Positions 24,743 through 35,186 of a stretch of DNA of 64,000 bases are shown in pieces; position 1 is the stretch's first letter, and each line of letters begins with the position of its first letter. The stretch lies in contig CM074806.1 in assembly GCA_037447605.1 (NCBI GenBank), positions 4,650,001-4,714,000 on the forward strand, written 5' to 3'. Source of the DNA: Zygnema circumcarinatum SAG 698-1b. Taxonomy: Eukaryota; Plantae; Zygnematophyceae. The position numbers and the translations under genes are program-made. The notes under the pieces are model-generated. The model was given only the letters and a program-made list of their open reading frames with translations. It was not told the DNA's origin and did no database searches.

Positions 24743-27455
24743 TGTCAGTGTTAGTGTGCTATAGTTGGGCATTATGCGGGTTCACACTAGCGTTGTTGTG
24801 TGGTCTCGGTTGGAAACATGAGATACGCTGGTAGTGTTCTGCAGGAAATACGGTCGGGCCAAATGGCCGATTGGCGGTACAGCACCGGCGGAGGATCGGT
24901 GATGTCGGTGAACGGCGTCCGGACCCTTAGATGTGATCCGTGATTTCGGCCAGCCGAGGTCAACTACGGAGGAGACCGGTCGGCGTACAGCGGACAAGTG
25001 TGAAACTTGGCGAAATCACGGCAGCCGGAGATTTAATGCATGAGGGCGGAGAATATTAATGCGATGCTTGGCCTTGAAGGCAATTTATCTTGTAGCGAGG
25101 CGGACGCGGACGGCGGCGGAAGTTCTGGCTTCGAGCGGACGACAAGTTCAGATAGGCGGGCTATGCAGACTGACGACTGGAGTGATGTTTGGCGTGGGTT
25201 TGCGAAAAGGTACATAGCGCTGGATGTTGAGCAGCATTACCTAGGCTGGCGAGCGCGCCGAGGGCGGCGTGGCGTGACATCGGTCAGCAAGGAAGATGTC
25301 CGTAACGGCCCATGTGGCGGTATATAGGGTTTAGCTTTGTTATGAAGGACAGCACATTAGACTCTGATAAAGAGTGACTTGATACACGTACTGCTGCGTG
25401 TTCTTTGGGCTGCCGCGGCCTTACCGCAAGGTAGTGGTAAGGGGAGAAGTAGCTAGTGAGAGAGAAACTTCATGTGGGTGACATTCTTATTATAAGGAGT
25501 TTAAATGAGTGAGCTTTCTCCTATACTCTCTCATTATTGTGATTTCCGCTGTCTTTCGTCTCTGCGTTCATTACGTGAGTTATATATGGGCTATGAGTGA
25601 AGTGGTGAGATAGAGGTAGAGAGTGAAAGATGTCTTCATGCGGTGGGAGCAGGAGTTCCAATGGGCGACCGCGAGGTGGCGCCCGGAAGCGCTTGAGAAA
25701 CGAATCCAGGACTCAACAAAGTGGTATCGAGGCAATGGTCATGGCGAGGACCCGTGAAGTTCAACATTCCGCGTGCGGCGGTCAAGACCTTCTGAGGGTG
25801 GAGATGGCTGGTTTGGTTCCTTAACAAAGTGGGCAAGGGACTGTTAAAGTCGCGTCCAGCGGCACCATCAAAGGCGCGTTGCTGGGAGAGCCCGCGGCGG
25901 AAGCGGCGGTCGGAACCGCAGTGGCGCTCGCCAGATGGAGTGCCAAGGACAACAAAGCGCTCACCCAGATCGTCATGAGTGTGAGGGGAAGTCCTTCGTC
26001 CATGCTGTATGATCTCAAGACCTCACATGCTATGTGGAGGTGCTTAGAAGAGATGTATGATGTAAAGGATAACGTCACGATAGTGAGTCTTTACACGCAG
26101 CTTGGGAAGATGAAGATGACTTCGGATGAGAAACTGAGTGAATATATGGTCAGGTTTGATACCTTGATGGAGAGGTTCATAGCTCTACAGAAACCGTTAG
26201 AGAGTGACCATAAGATCAGCCAGTTCTTAGGGGGATTGACCTCTAGATTTGATGTAGCAGTCGCAGCGCTTAGGACTGTCCTAACGAACTCGAAAATGAC
26301 CCAGCAGGCAGGTGGGGCGGATCAGAGGAGGAGGACACGTCAAGACAAGGAGCACCGAGGAGAAGGTGCTAGCTGACGCACTCGACAAGACCGAGAGGAG
26401 GTGCGCGAGAAGTGGACCGAGGAGGAAGCACCCTAGCGAGGGCGTCTTTACTCGTGTGGCAAGGCTGGCCACTACTCGGCTGAACTGCTACAAGAGCAAA
26501 GAGTCCCAAGATGGGGAGGGCGCCGGCGTGCGGCAAGGGAGAAAGGCTTCAGGGGATGCGCTTCAGGGTGCAAAGCGAGGTCACAGAGCACCTGCCCGAA
26601 TCGCGAGAGGGTGAATGAGACCAATCGATGATGGGTAGCGAAGGCGAGGTTCCCGACTTTGTTGGGAAGATCAGGTTGGGATCTGGCGGCCACAGTTGTC
26701 GACTCGGCGCTTCCACACACATGTGTGGCGACAAGCCCGGAATGTTCTCCACGTTAAAACGGCCCGGAAGACTCGTCTGTTCCACTTCCGACAGCCTGGG
26801 GGTATGTGATCCACGAAGGGTAGGTAGTCAAAGATGATTCTCGGGAGGCGACTCTGTCATCTACGAAGAGGAGAGGGAGGAGCGTTTGTGTATCGGTGAT
26901 GTACTCCACACCCCCGAGCTGAAACAGAACTTCATGTCTGTTAGCCAGGTGTGTAAGAGGGGGTACAAGATCACATTCTAGTAGAAGTCTTGTGTAGATA
27001 CTCATGCAGTGACGGGGAAGCGGCTGTTTGAGGGGTATGAGAAGGGAGGCCTGTATTATCTTCATTATATAAGGACAAAGGATGAAGATGTGATGGCTGT
27101 TGCTGAAACTGCCATAAATCTCTGGCATCGTAGACTTGGACATCTTAACCATCGGGGGTTGCAACAGCTTGCTGCTAAGGGGCTGGTCCGTGGGTTAGGC
27201 GTGAGTAATGGAAGTGGAGGAAAAATTTCGGCTTTTGCAAGGTGTGTAGGGGAAGGCGCGCCGGAAACCATTAGCGAGGGCGGAGAGGAAGGCGTACCAC
27301 CATGCGGAGGAAGCTGGGTTGGTTCACACCCAGAGCCGCTGTGGCCGTGACGCGGCGAAGTGGAGGCTTCGGGGCACTTCATCACGCACTTTTCTCGATG
27401 ATTTTTCGAGGAAAATTTGGGTGAAAATTCTCAAGAACAAGTCTGAGGCTTTCGG

Positions 27456-27905
27456 TGTAACAAACCCGCCCCTGGCAGGGTTCGAACACAGGACCTCCCG
27501 GTACCCACCTAAGTGCTTTACCATTAAAAGGCAACCGCGGATGTAAGTACTAGGCCGTACAACACATGTATAGCGTTTCGCTACATTCCTCCCCACCTAA
27601 GCGGGTGCTTTCGTCACCGAGCACCGCGACTCGAGGTTTTCACGAGCTGCATTAAGCTCCTTCACCCCATCCCCCCTTTTTACGGTTCCGGCCCCCTCCC
27701 CAACCTTCCCAGGCGCGGACATTCTTGCCCTTTTAGGGTGGATCGCAAATACTGGGAATTAGGCTCTGATACCAATGTAACAAACCCGCCCCTGGCAGGG
27801 TTCGAGCACAGGACCTCCCGGTACCCACCTAAGTGCTTTACCATTAAAAGGCAACCGCGGATGTAAGTACTAGGCCGTACAACACATGTATAGCGTTTAC
27901 ATACA
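27456..27905 (-). mobile_element. TRIM (450 bp): two 130-bp LTRs containing tRNA-derived sequence and a 190-bp internal region with PBS and PPT; inserted in Copia B integrase
   Basis: LTRs 27456-27585 and 27776-27905 (TG...CA), iMet PBS 27763-27774, PPT 27586-27599. Integrase reading resumes after 27905. TSD imperfect (TTCGG vs TTGAA) in noisy sequence. Confidence 0.9.
27468..27538 (-). other. tRNA-derived Pol III A/B-box unit in TRIM 3' LTR (second copy 27788-27858); not a functional tRNA
   Basis: 71 nt with canonical tRNA spacing: A14, G18G19, A21, T33, variable loop AGGTC, G53TTCGA58, C61. Acceptor 5/7 pairable; D, anticodon and T stems degenerate. Confidence 0.75.
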
Positions 27906-30900
27906 TTGAACCGAGAGATTGGCGGACTTCGGATGGGCCGAGAGACGGCCCGAAGACTCTCGCTCGGACGGAGGGAGTTCAAGTCGAAGGGATTACGTGA
28001 GTACCTCAAGACTGATGGAATTAGGCATGAATTCTGCGCTCCACACTCCCTCAAAGTAATGGAGCTCTTGAAAGAAGGTAAATAGGACGTTGGGGACATA
28101 GGCGGACCATGCTCATAGATTCCCAACCTAAAACTGTGGCACAGGGGAGGCGGTGATGACACTTGGCACCTTAGGAATAGATGCCCATCTTACGTACTCA
28201 GGACCAGGTTCACGAGGGTGTGGAGTGGGAGAGAAAGCCGGTTTCCCACGAAGGCTTTGCGGGCCTTGGCTGGCTGATTACCGGCGGTGCGGCGAGACGA
28301 AGTTTGACCAGCGAGCCTGAAGGATATGTTCTGCGGCTACAACATGGGCCGGTCGCACCTCACGAGGATTTGGAGCCCATGGCGAAGGAAGTCACGAGCT
28401 CGAGGGACATCCTGATGGACGAGAAGGCGGTGGCTGGCGGCTAGGTGAGACTGACCCAAAGGCGGGATTGGGGTGTGTATGAGGACGTGGAGACCAGGAG
28501 AAGAGCCTCTCGAGGTCCGACTTTGGAGAGATCAGCATCTTGCAGGAGGCGAAGGAGGCGGCTTCGGGGCTTGTCTGCCACCCGAGCGTGTGAGGAAGCG
28601 GGAGTCCGGGCAGTGCATGGCGGGGAGCGGGAGAAATCGGCGGAGAGCGGCCCCTACACCTCACTGTCCGGATAGGGAAGACTTCGGTCAGCGTACCTTT
28701 GCGGATGAAGTCGAGGACTTGGATATGGCCCGAGAGGCCTTGATGAGGGGCAAGGATACCTCGAGTTGTTCGGAATTTTTCTTCAACTTCGAGGAGTGGG
28801 AGAAACGCAGGACCCATGAGGAGGAGCACACGAGTGTGTGGTGAGAGCTGAGGAAGCGATCCTGGGGCCCGTGTGAGACTAACGTCTGAGAGGGGAGAGA
28901 GTGCCTCACGGTTTCTGTGACCTCATGAGGAGTTGCTTGCTTCTTTACATGATCAGCGGGCAGAGCCGAGGAGGCTCGCGATGGGGTCGATGGAGCGAAG
29001 TGGCGAGCAGCGATCGATAGCGAGTGGAATAGTCTGATAGAGAACGGGACGTGGCGACTGGAGAAGCTGCCGAAGGGAAGGAGAGCCATTGGATGCAAGT
29101 GGGTGTTCAAGGTGAAGCGAAAGGCGGACGGGAGTGTCGACCGTTACAAAGGCTGGTGGCGGGTCTTTCACCCGGCGAAGTACGGAGATCGACTACGGAG
29201 ACTTCGCCCGGTGAGTGGTTAACTCAGGTGCCTAATCTCATTCCCTTATTTCTTGAGGATACATATCCATCGAGTTAGATGTAAGACCCAGCGTTCATAC
29301 GGAGATCTGTTGAGGAGATCTACATGGGCGGCGAAGGGAAGAAGTTGTCGAGGCGAGAGCATCTCGTCTGTCGCCTAGTGAAGAGTGCATGCAATTTGAA
29401 AGCGAGGCACCGGAAATGCGATGCGAGAAGGTGTAGCGATGTACGAGGGAGCAACGGATTTCTTGGCGCTTTTGAGAGCCGGAGATAAGCTGTCTACCGA
29501 CAAGAGAGGAAGAGAGATCTCATATCGTTAGGATCTCATTGGATGACACCGATATGGTGAGTCTCTCCTTTGGAGAGAATCGGTAATCTGAAGAAGCTTT
29601 TGCAAGCTAACTTCCAAATGTCGGATCTAGGGGAGGCGCAGTATCTCCTGGGGATACAGCTGAAGAGGGGGCAGGACGGAAGTCTGTTCCTAAGTCAGAA
29701 GAAGTACGCCGCGGATGTACTAGCGAGATTCAATATGGAGGAGTGCAGACCGTGCACCAGTCCGATGGAGATCGGCGCGAGATTGTCGAAAGATATGGAG
29801 CCCGCGACGGACGCGGAGGTACAGCGCATGTACGGAGTGCCGTACAGATCTGCTATCGGAAGTTTAATGTACCTAATGATTGGTACCCGACCGGACTTGG
29901 CGAAGGCTGTGAGCGCCGCAAGTCGGTTCATGGAGAATCCCGGCCTGAGCATTGGGGCCCGTGAGGGAATCTTTAGGTTAGATGCGGGGACCACGGTCTG
30001 GACCGTTGCGAGAGAGGGCGAGCAGGTGATGGGATACACCCGACTCACGGCGGGAGGTGGCGTGGACTTTGCTCAGCGATCGACCTCAGGATTTGTTTAC
30101 ACGAGCAGCGGTGGAGGCGATCTCATGGGCTCGAAGCTCACGAAGTTGAGTTGCGTTGTCGCTTAGAAGCGAGTACATGGGAGCATGTCACGCAGCGAAG
30201 GAGGGAGTTTGGTTCCAACATTTCTTTGATGAGTGTAAGAGGCCACAACGTCCCTTGACTTTGTTCACGGATGTCGGTCGTCCGCCAGCTCTTGTTGAAA
30301 CCACGTGTTTCATAAGAGGACAAAGCACATTAGGTACAATACCATTATGTGCGAGGTAGTATTAGAGGAGGATGATTGTTGTGTGAAGTTCATTATAAGG
30401 AATGAAGGGCGGTGAGGATATGTTGACTAAAGGAGTTAGTGGTGAGGCGCTCTTGGTGAATGCTTGACTCATTGGGCTGGGGCCCATGAGGCCGAGGCCC
30501 AAGAGGGATTGTTAGTGTTGAGTGTGCTATAGTTGGAGCATTATGCGGGTTCACACTAACATTGTTGTGGTCCTCGGTTGGGAAACATGAATCTGTAGTA
30601 GTGTTCACAGGAAGCGATTAGAGACCCAAATAGCCGGTGGCAAATGCGGCACTGGTAGGAGGATATGCGGTGATGTCGGCGAACGCGTCGAGACCCTTAG
30701 TCTTGGTTATTTCAGTTAAATTTGGCGAAGCTGGCCGGAAGCTATGCGAACATATATAACAAGAACTAGGCCGGTCTTTATGCGTAGAGTTTACGGCGCA
30801 CTAGGCGGTATATTCCCCGAGTCGCCGAAGAGATAGTGCATAGGCTTACAATGGCGGACGAAGACGTGACAACTTGTGTCCGCGTCCACCCGGCTCATTG

Positions 30901-31472
30901 TTGTATATGATGGAGAATGCATTTTTGAAAGTCAACCTTCTCGCGCGGGACTCCGCGTGGGCGTGAGGCTATCTTGCTGGGCTTAGATAGTGGGAAGTGT
31001 TAAAACTTGTAGTGGGGGTGGTGCTTAATCACGTAGCTTGGATTTAGGTGCTTGAAGCTTGGCTCTAGAGTTGTCCCGAGTTGTATTCATCTTTATATTA
31101 AGGAGTTTTAGGCTGGAGGCTTTCTCCTTACATCTTCTCATTTCCGCTGATCTGTTCTACTGCATTCAGTCTTGTGTGTGTGTCTACATCTTTGAGGAGT
31201 GTGGTTGATCAAGTCATTGAAGATGTCGAGCTCTACCGAGGGCAGAGGAGAAGTGGCAGCACCTCGCACGGAGGCCGCTGCACCAACAAGTGGTATCAGA
31301 GCCGAAGGCGTCGACGACGTGAAGTTTACCATTCTACTTTCATGAAGAACTACAAGCGGCGTGGAAGCTCTGCTCACGGTGTTTGGAGAACAAGTGATGT
31401 TGGGCATGTGGATGGTTCACTGTGGCTCGGTATTCAGGGATCAACCCTTGCAGAGTTTGAGAGCAGCTGAGG

Positions 31473-33176
31473 GTGAAGGATTGCAAAGTTAGGACCTTGC
31501 TTTGTGCTGGCGTTAGTGAGGACCCGACAGATCTGATTTCAGAGTTAAAGACAGCTCGAGAGATGTGGGATACGTTAGAGAAGATCTATGATGTAGTAGA
31601 TAACGCCACTGTAGTTTATCTCTACACGGAGCTAGGAAAACTCAGCTTGGAATCAGGGGAGGATCTTAAAGACTATGTGATCAAATTTGATAATCTGATG
31701 CAAAAGTTTGATGGGATGAAACAGTCCCTTCACTTGGATCACAAGATTAGTCTGTTCCTAGGAGGCTTACCGGACAGATTTGACCCTGCTTGCACTGCCT
31801 TACGCACTCAGCTTTGTACAGCAAAGATGACCTTTGAGCAGGTCAAAAGGAGAGTGATAGAGGAGGATGGTCTTCAAGACAAGAAGCAGAACAGGTCAAG
31901 TTCAGAGAAGGTGTATGCGGCAACAGCGCGCCCATACAGGAACGGCAAGGGACCAAACGCAGCCAGAGATGGTGGAGAGCTGAAGACTCAGAAGACTTGC
32001 TACTCTTGTGGGAAGCCCGGTCACTTCAAGAGGAACTGCCCCGAATTTCAGAGAGGTGGTTCACCCTCGAATGGAGATGCTTCGAAGGAGCAAGAAGGGA
32101 GGGGGGGTGATGGCAGGTATCCCAGAGATGATCGCAGGAGGACTCACGAGACGAATTTGATGTTCACAAATTGGGGAAGTGATGACGAGTTCGTTGGGTG
32201 TGTTCGAGTTCAGGATTCAGCGAAACCTTGGGTGATTGATTCCGGTGCTTCAAGGCACATGTGCGTGGACGACTCACTCTTTGCAGAGAAGCAGACTTTG
32301 GAGGGAACCCGCTCAGTCTACTCGGCAACAGGACAAGGGGTCATGGTGACGCAAAGTGGAACGATCAGGTTGGAGGTGCTCGGGGAGAGAAGCACGCAGA
32401 GGGTTGTCCATGTTGGTAACGTACTGCATACTCCCGGATTACAGATTAATTTCCTCTCTGTTAGTCAGCTGTGTGAAGAGGACTATGGAGTATGGTTTGA
32501 GAAGGGTAGTTGTGAGGTTATTCACAAGGAGACAGGTCAGGTCTTGTGCAAGGGAATTCAACAAGGTGGGCTTTACTTTCTAGAGTGGAAGGAGGCTCAA
32601 GGGCTGAGCAGTCCCGCCAAGGATCCTGTAGAAGAACCCATTCACCATAGGGTAGATCCAGAACAGCTTGGAGGAGGGAAGGGGATGCTAGAGCAAGCAA
32701 TGAGGCTAAGGGGAGCAGGGGATAATTTCGTGAATTACATTTCAGATAGCCAGGCTAAGGGGGTTGAAAGACCCATCACCAAAAGGGTGGACATTAGTGG
32801 TGGTGAGAATGTGTGCGAATTCCAGGTTCACTCAGAGTTAGTGAGCTCCAAGGAGGCCGAGAACAAGGGCTTGTTGCATCCAAGCAAGGATGGAGTTGAA
32901 GTGGAGGGGTCCTTTCAACCCATGGTAGTGGAGCAGCCTGAGCACAAGGCTGCAACTACGAAGGATTACCCGATTGCTGGACCTATGAGAAGTTCAGCGG
33001 AAGCGCCCAGGATCGAATGTGGAAGGCGACCAAGTCAAGATCAAGAGGGGGAAGTTGATCTCTCGGGCCTTGAGATCAAGAGGGGGCAGCTTGTTAGGAC
33101 AAAGGAGCATACACATGGTTGTGGGACACTATGGAATAGTAGTGGTCTCATGGAACTAGGGCCCATGGAGAACTAA
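31473..33176 (+). CDS. Copia A Gag (UBN2-like, CCHC) + aspartic protease + ~196-aa tail, open to the PPT (5' part frameshifted)
   Basis: AREMWDTLEKIY, LFLGGLPDRF, CYSCGKPGHFKRNC, WVIDSGASRHMC, NFLSVSQL, GGLYFLE; stop 6 nt before the PPT. Confidence 0.85.
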   Translation: MKDCKVRTLLCAGVSEDPTDLISELKTAREMWDTLEKIYDVVDNATVVYLYTELGKLSLESGEDLKDYVIKFDNLMQKFDGMKQSLHLDHKISLFLGGLPDRFDPACTALRTQLCTAKMTFEQVKRRVIEEDGLQDKKQNRSSSEKVYAATARPYRNGKGPNAARDGGELKTQKTCYSCGKPGHFKRNCPEFQRGGSPSNGDASKEQEGRGGDGRYPRDDRRRTHETNLMFTNWGSDDEFVGCVRVQDSAKPWVIDSGASRHMCVDDSLFAEKQTLEGTRSVYSATGQGVMVTQSGTIRLEVLGERSTQRVVHVGNVLHTPGLQINFLSVSQLCEEDYGVWFEKGSCEVIHKETGQVLCKGIQQGGLYFLEWKEAQGLSSPAKDPVEEPIHHRVDPEQLGGGKGMLEQAMRLRGAGDNFVNYISDSQAKGVERPITKRVDISGGENVCEFQVHSELVSSKEAENKGLLHPSKDGVEVEGSFQPMVVEQPEHKAATTKDYPIAGPMRSSAEAPRIECGRRPSQDQEGEVDLSGLEIKRGQLVRTKEHTHGCGTLWNSSGLMELGPMEN

Positions 33177-34196
33177 GTACCAAGAGGGGGATTGTTAGTG
33201 TTAGGCTAGTTAGGAACTTGTAAATACACTAAGTTGTTTTGGTACTAAGTTCTTAGGGGTGTGCTCCTAGTCCGAATTGCATGTAGGACCGCCTAAGCGA
33301 CCGTACAAGTCTTCAGGGGTGTGCGCATAGCGCGCGCACAAAGATCTGGCCGAAACAGGTGTACGGAGCGGCGCGCGGGTGTACGGCCATCAGAGCGCAG
33401 ATTGGTCAACGCGCGAGTGCGGAGGACTGAGCGCGAGGCGGCGGAGTGCGCCGTGAGTGCGCGGACTGACAAACGGCGCTGATTGGTCGAAGCGCTGACG
33501 CGCGGACGTGGAGTACGGACGCGCGACTTCTGATTGGTCGCGGCGCGAGCGCGGATCCGCGGAGCGCAAAGTTGCGGCGCGAAAACGACGAAGGAATGTC
33601 GGCGGCGAATCGCGACGCGCCACGTGTACACTTATATAGTGGGTCCGCTGGTTCGATCGTACGGCCGAAATGTCGGCGGACAAAAGTCGCTAAAAGGGCT
33701 GGCGAAGCGGCAGAACTGTACGAACATATGTACAAATAGACAAGAACTAGGTCGGTGCTGTCGTAGGTTTACGAGGCGCACTAGCTGGTCGCTATTCCTG
33801 AGTGCGCCCACTGAGATAGTGCATGGGCTTGCAATGGCGGACGAGACGTGACAACTTGTGTCACGTCACACGGCCATTGTTGTATATGATGGAGGTCTGT
33901 TTTGAAGGAATCAACCTTCTCGGGACTCACGTAGGCAGTGAGGCTATCTTGCTTTGGGCTTAGAAGATAGTGGGAAGTGTTCAGCTTGTAGTGGGGTGGT
34001 GTAATCACGTAGCTTGAGTTTAGGTGCTTGAAGCTTGGCTCTAGAGTTGTCAAGTTGTATTCATCTTTATATTAAGGAGTTTTAGGCTGGAGGCTTTCTC
34101 CTTACATCTTCTCATTTCCGCTGATCTGTTCTACTGCATTCAGTCTTGTGTGTGTGTCTACATCTTTGAGGAGTGTGGTTGATCAAGTCATTGAAG

Positions 34197-35186
34197 ATGT
34201 CGAGCTCTACCGAGGGCAGAGGAGAAGTGGCAGCACCTCGCACGGAGGCCGCTGCACCAACAAGTGGTATCAGAGCCGAAGGCGTCGACGACGTGAAGTT
34301 TACCATTCCGACTTTCGATGGGAAGAACTACAAGCGGTGGAAGTTCCGCATGCTCACGGTGTTGGAGAACAAGCGACTGTTGGGGTATGTGGATGGCTCC
34401 ACTGTGGCCCCGGATTCAGTGACCAACCCTGTAGAGTTTGAGCAGTGGAGGGTGAAGGATTGTAAAGTTAGGACCTTGCTTTGTGCTGGCGTTAGTGAGG
34501 ACCCGACAGATCTGATTTCAGAGTTAAAGACAGCTCGAGAGATGTGGGATACGTTAGAGAAGATCTATGATGTAGTAGATAACGCCACTGTAGTTTATCT
34601 CTACACGGAGCTAGGAAAACTCAGCTTGGAATCAGGGGAGGATCTTAAAGACTATGTGATCAAGTTTGATAATCTGATGCAAAAATTTGATGGGATGAAA
34701 CAGTCCCTTCACTTGGATCACAAGATTAGTCTGTTCCTAGGAGGCTTACCGGACAGATTTGACCCTGCTTGTACTGCCTTACGCACTCAGCTTTCTACAC
34801 CAAAGATGACCTTTGAGCAGGTCAAAAGGAGAGTGATAGAGGAGGATGGTCTTCAAGACAAGAAGCAGAACAGGTCAAGTTCAGAGAAGGTGTATGCGGC
34901 AAAAGCGCGCCCATACAGGAACGGCAAGGGACCAAACGCAGCCAAAGATGGTGGAGAGCTGAAGACTCAGAAGACTTGCTACTCTTGTGGGAAGCCCGGT
35001 CACTTCAAGAGGAACTGCCCCGAATTTCAGAGAGGTGGTTCACCCTCGAATGGAGATGCTTCGAAGGAGCAAGAAGGGAGGGGGGGTGATGGCAGGTATC
35101 CCAGAGATGATCGCAAGAGGACTCACGAGACGAATTTGATGTTCACAGATTGGGGAAGTGATGATGAGTTCGTAGGGTGTGTTTGA
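34197..35186 (+). CDS. Copia A Gag, copy 2; ATG lies inside the LTR; ends at TGA where copy 1 has CGA
   Basis: MSSSTEGR...PTSGIRAE (PBS-encoded)...IPTFDGKNYKRWKFRM...CCHC. Confidence 0.8.
   Translation: MSSSTEGRGEVAAPRTEAAAPTSGIRAEGVDDVKFTIPTFDGKNYKRWKFRMLTVLENKRLLGYVDGSTVAPDSVTNPVEFEQWRVKDCKVRTLLCAGVSEDPTDLISELKTAREMWDTLEKIYDVVDNATVVYLYTELGKLSLESGEDLKDYVIKFDNLMQKFDGMKQSLHLDHKISLFLGGLPDRFDPACTALRTQLSTPKMTFEQVKRRVIEEDGLQDKKQNRSSSEKVYAAKARPYRNGKGPNAAKDGGELKTQKTCYSCGKPGHFKRNCPEFQRGGSPSNGDASKEQEGRGGDGRYPRDDRKRTHETNLMFTDWGSDDEFVGCV

Larger units (their letters stand above)
24743..30700 (+). mobile_element. Ty1/copia element B (5' LTR 24743-25718, PBS, gag-PR-IN-RT-RH, PPT, truncated 3' LTR from 30510); frameshift-rich
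   Basis: Gag 25879-26600; WHRRLGHLN pre-integrase ~27120; integrase FLDDFSRKIWV; RT DLGEAQYLLGI and YRSAIGSLMYLMIGTRPDLA; RH SEYMGACHAAKEGVW; PPT AAGAGGGAT followed by TGTTAG. Confidence 0.88.

Noticed and set aside
27468-27538. Functional tRNA-Pro(GGG) gene
   Set aside because: U8 is missing and the D, anticodon and T stems pair poorly; retained only as tRNA-derived promoter sequence.
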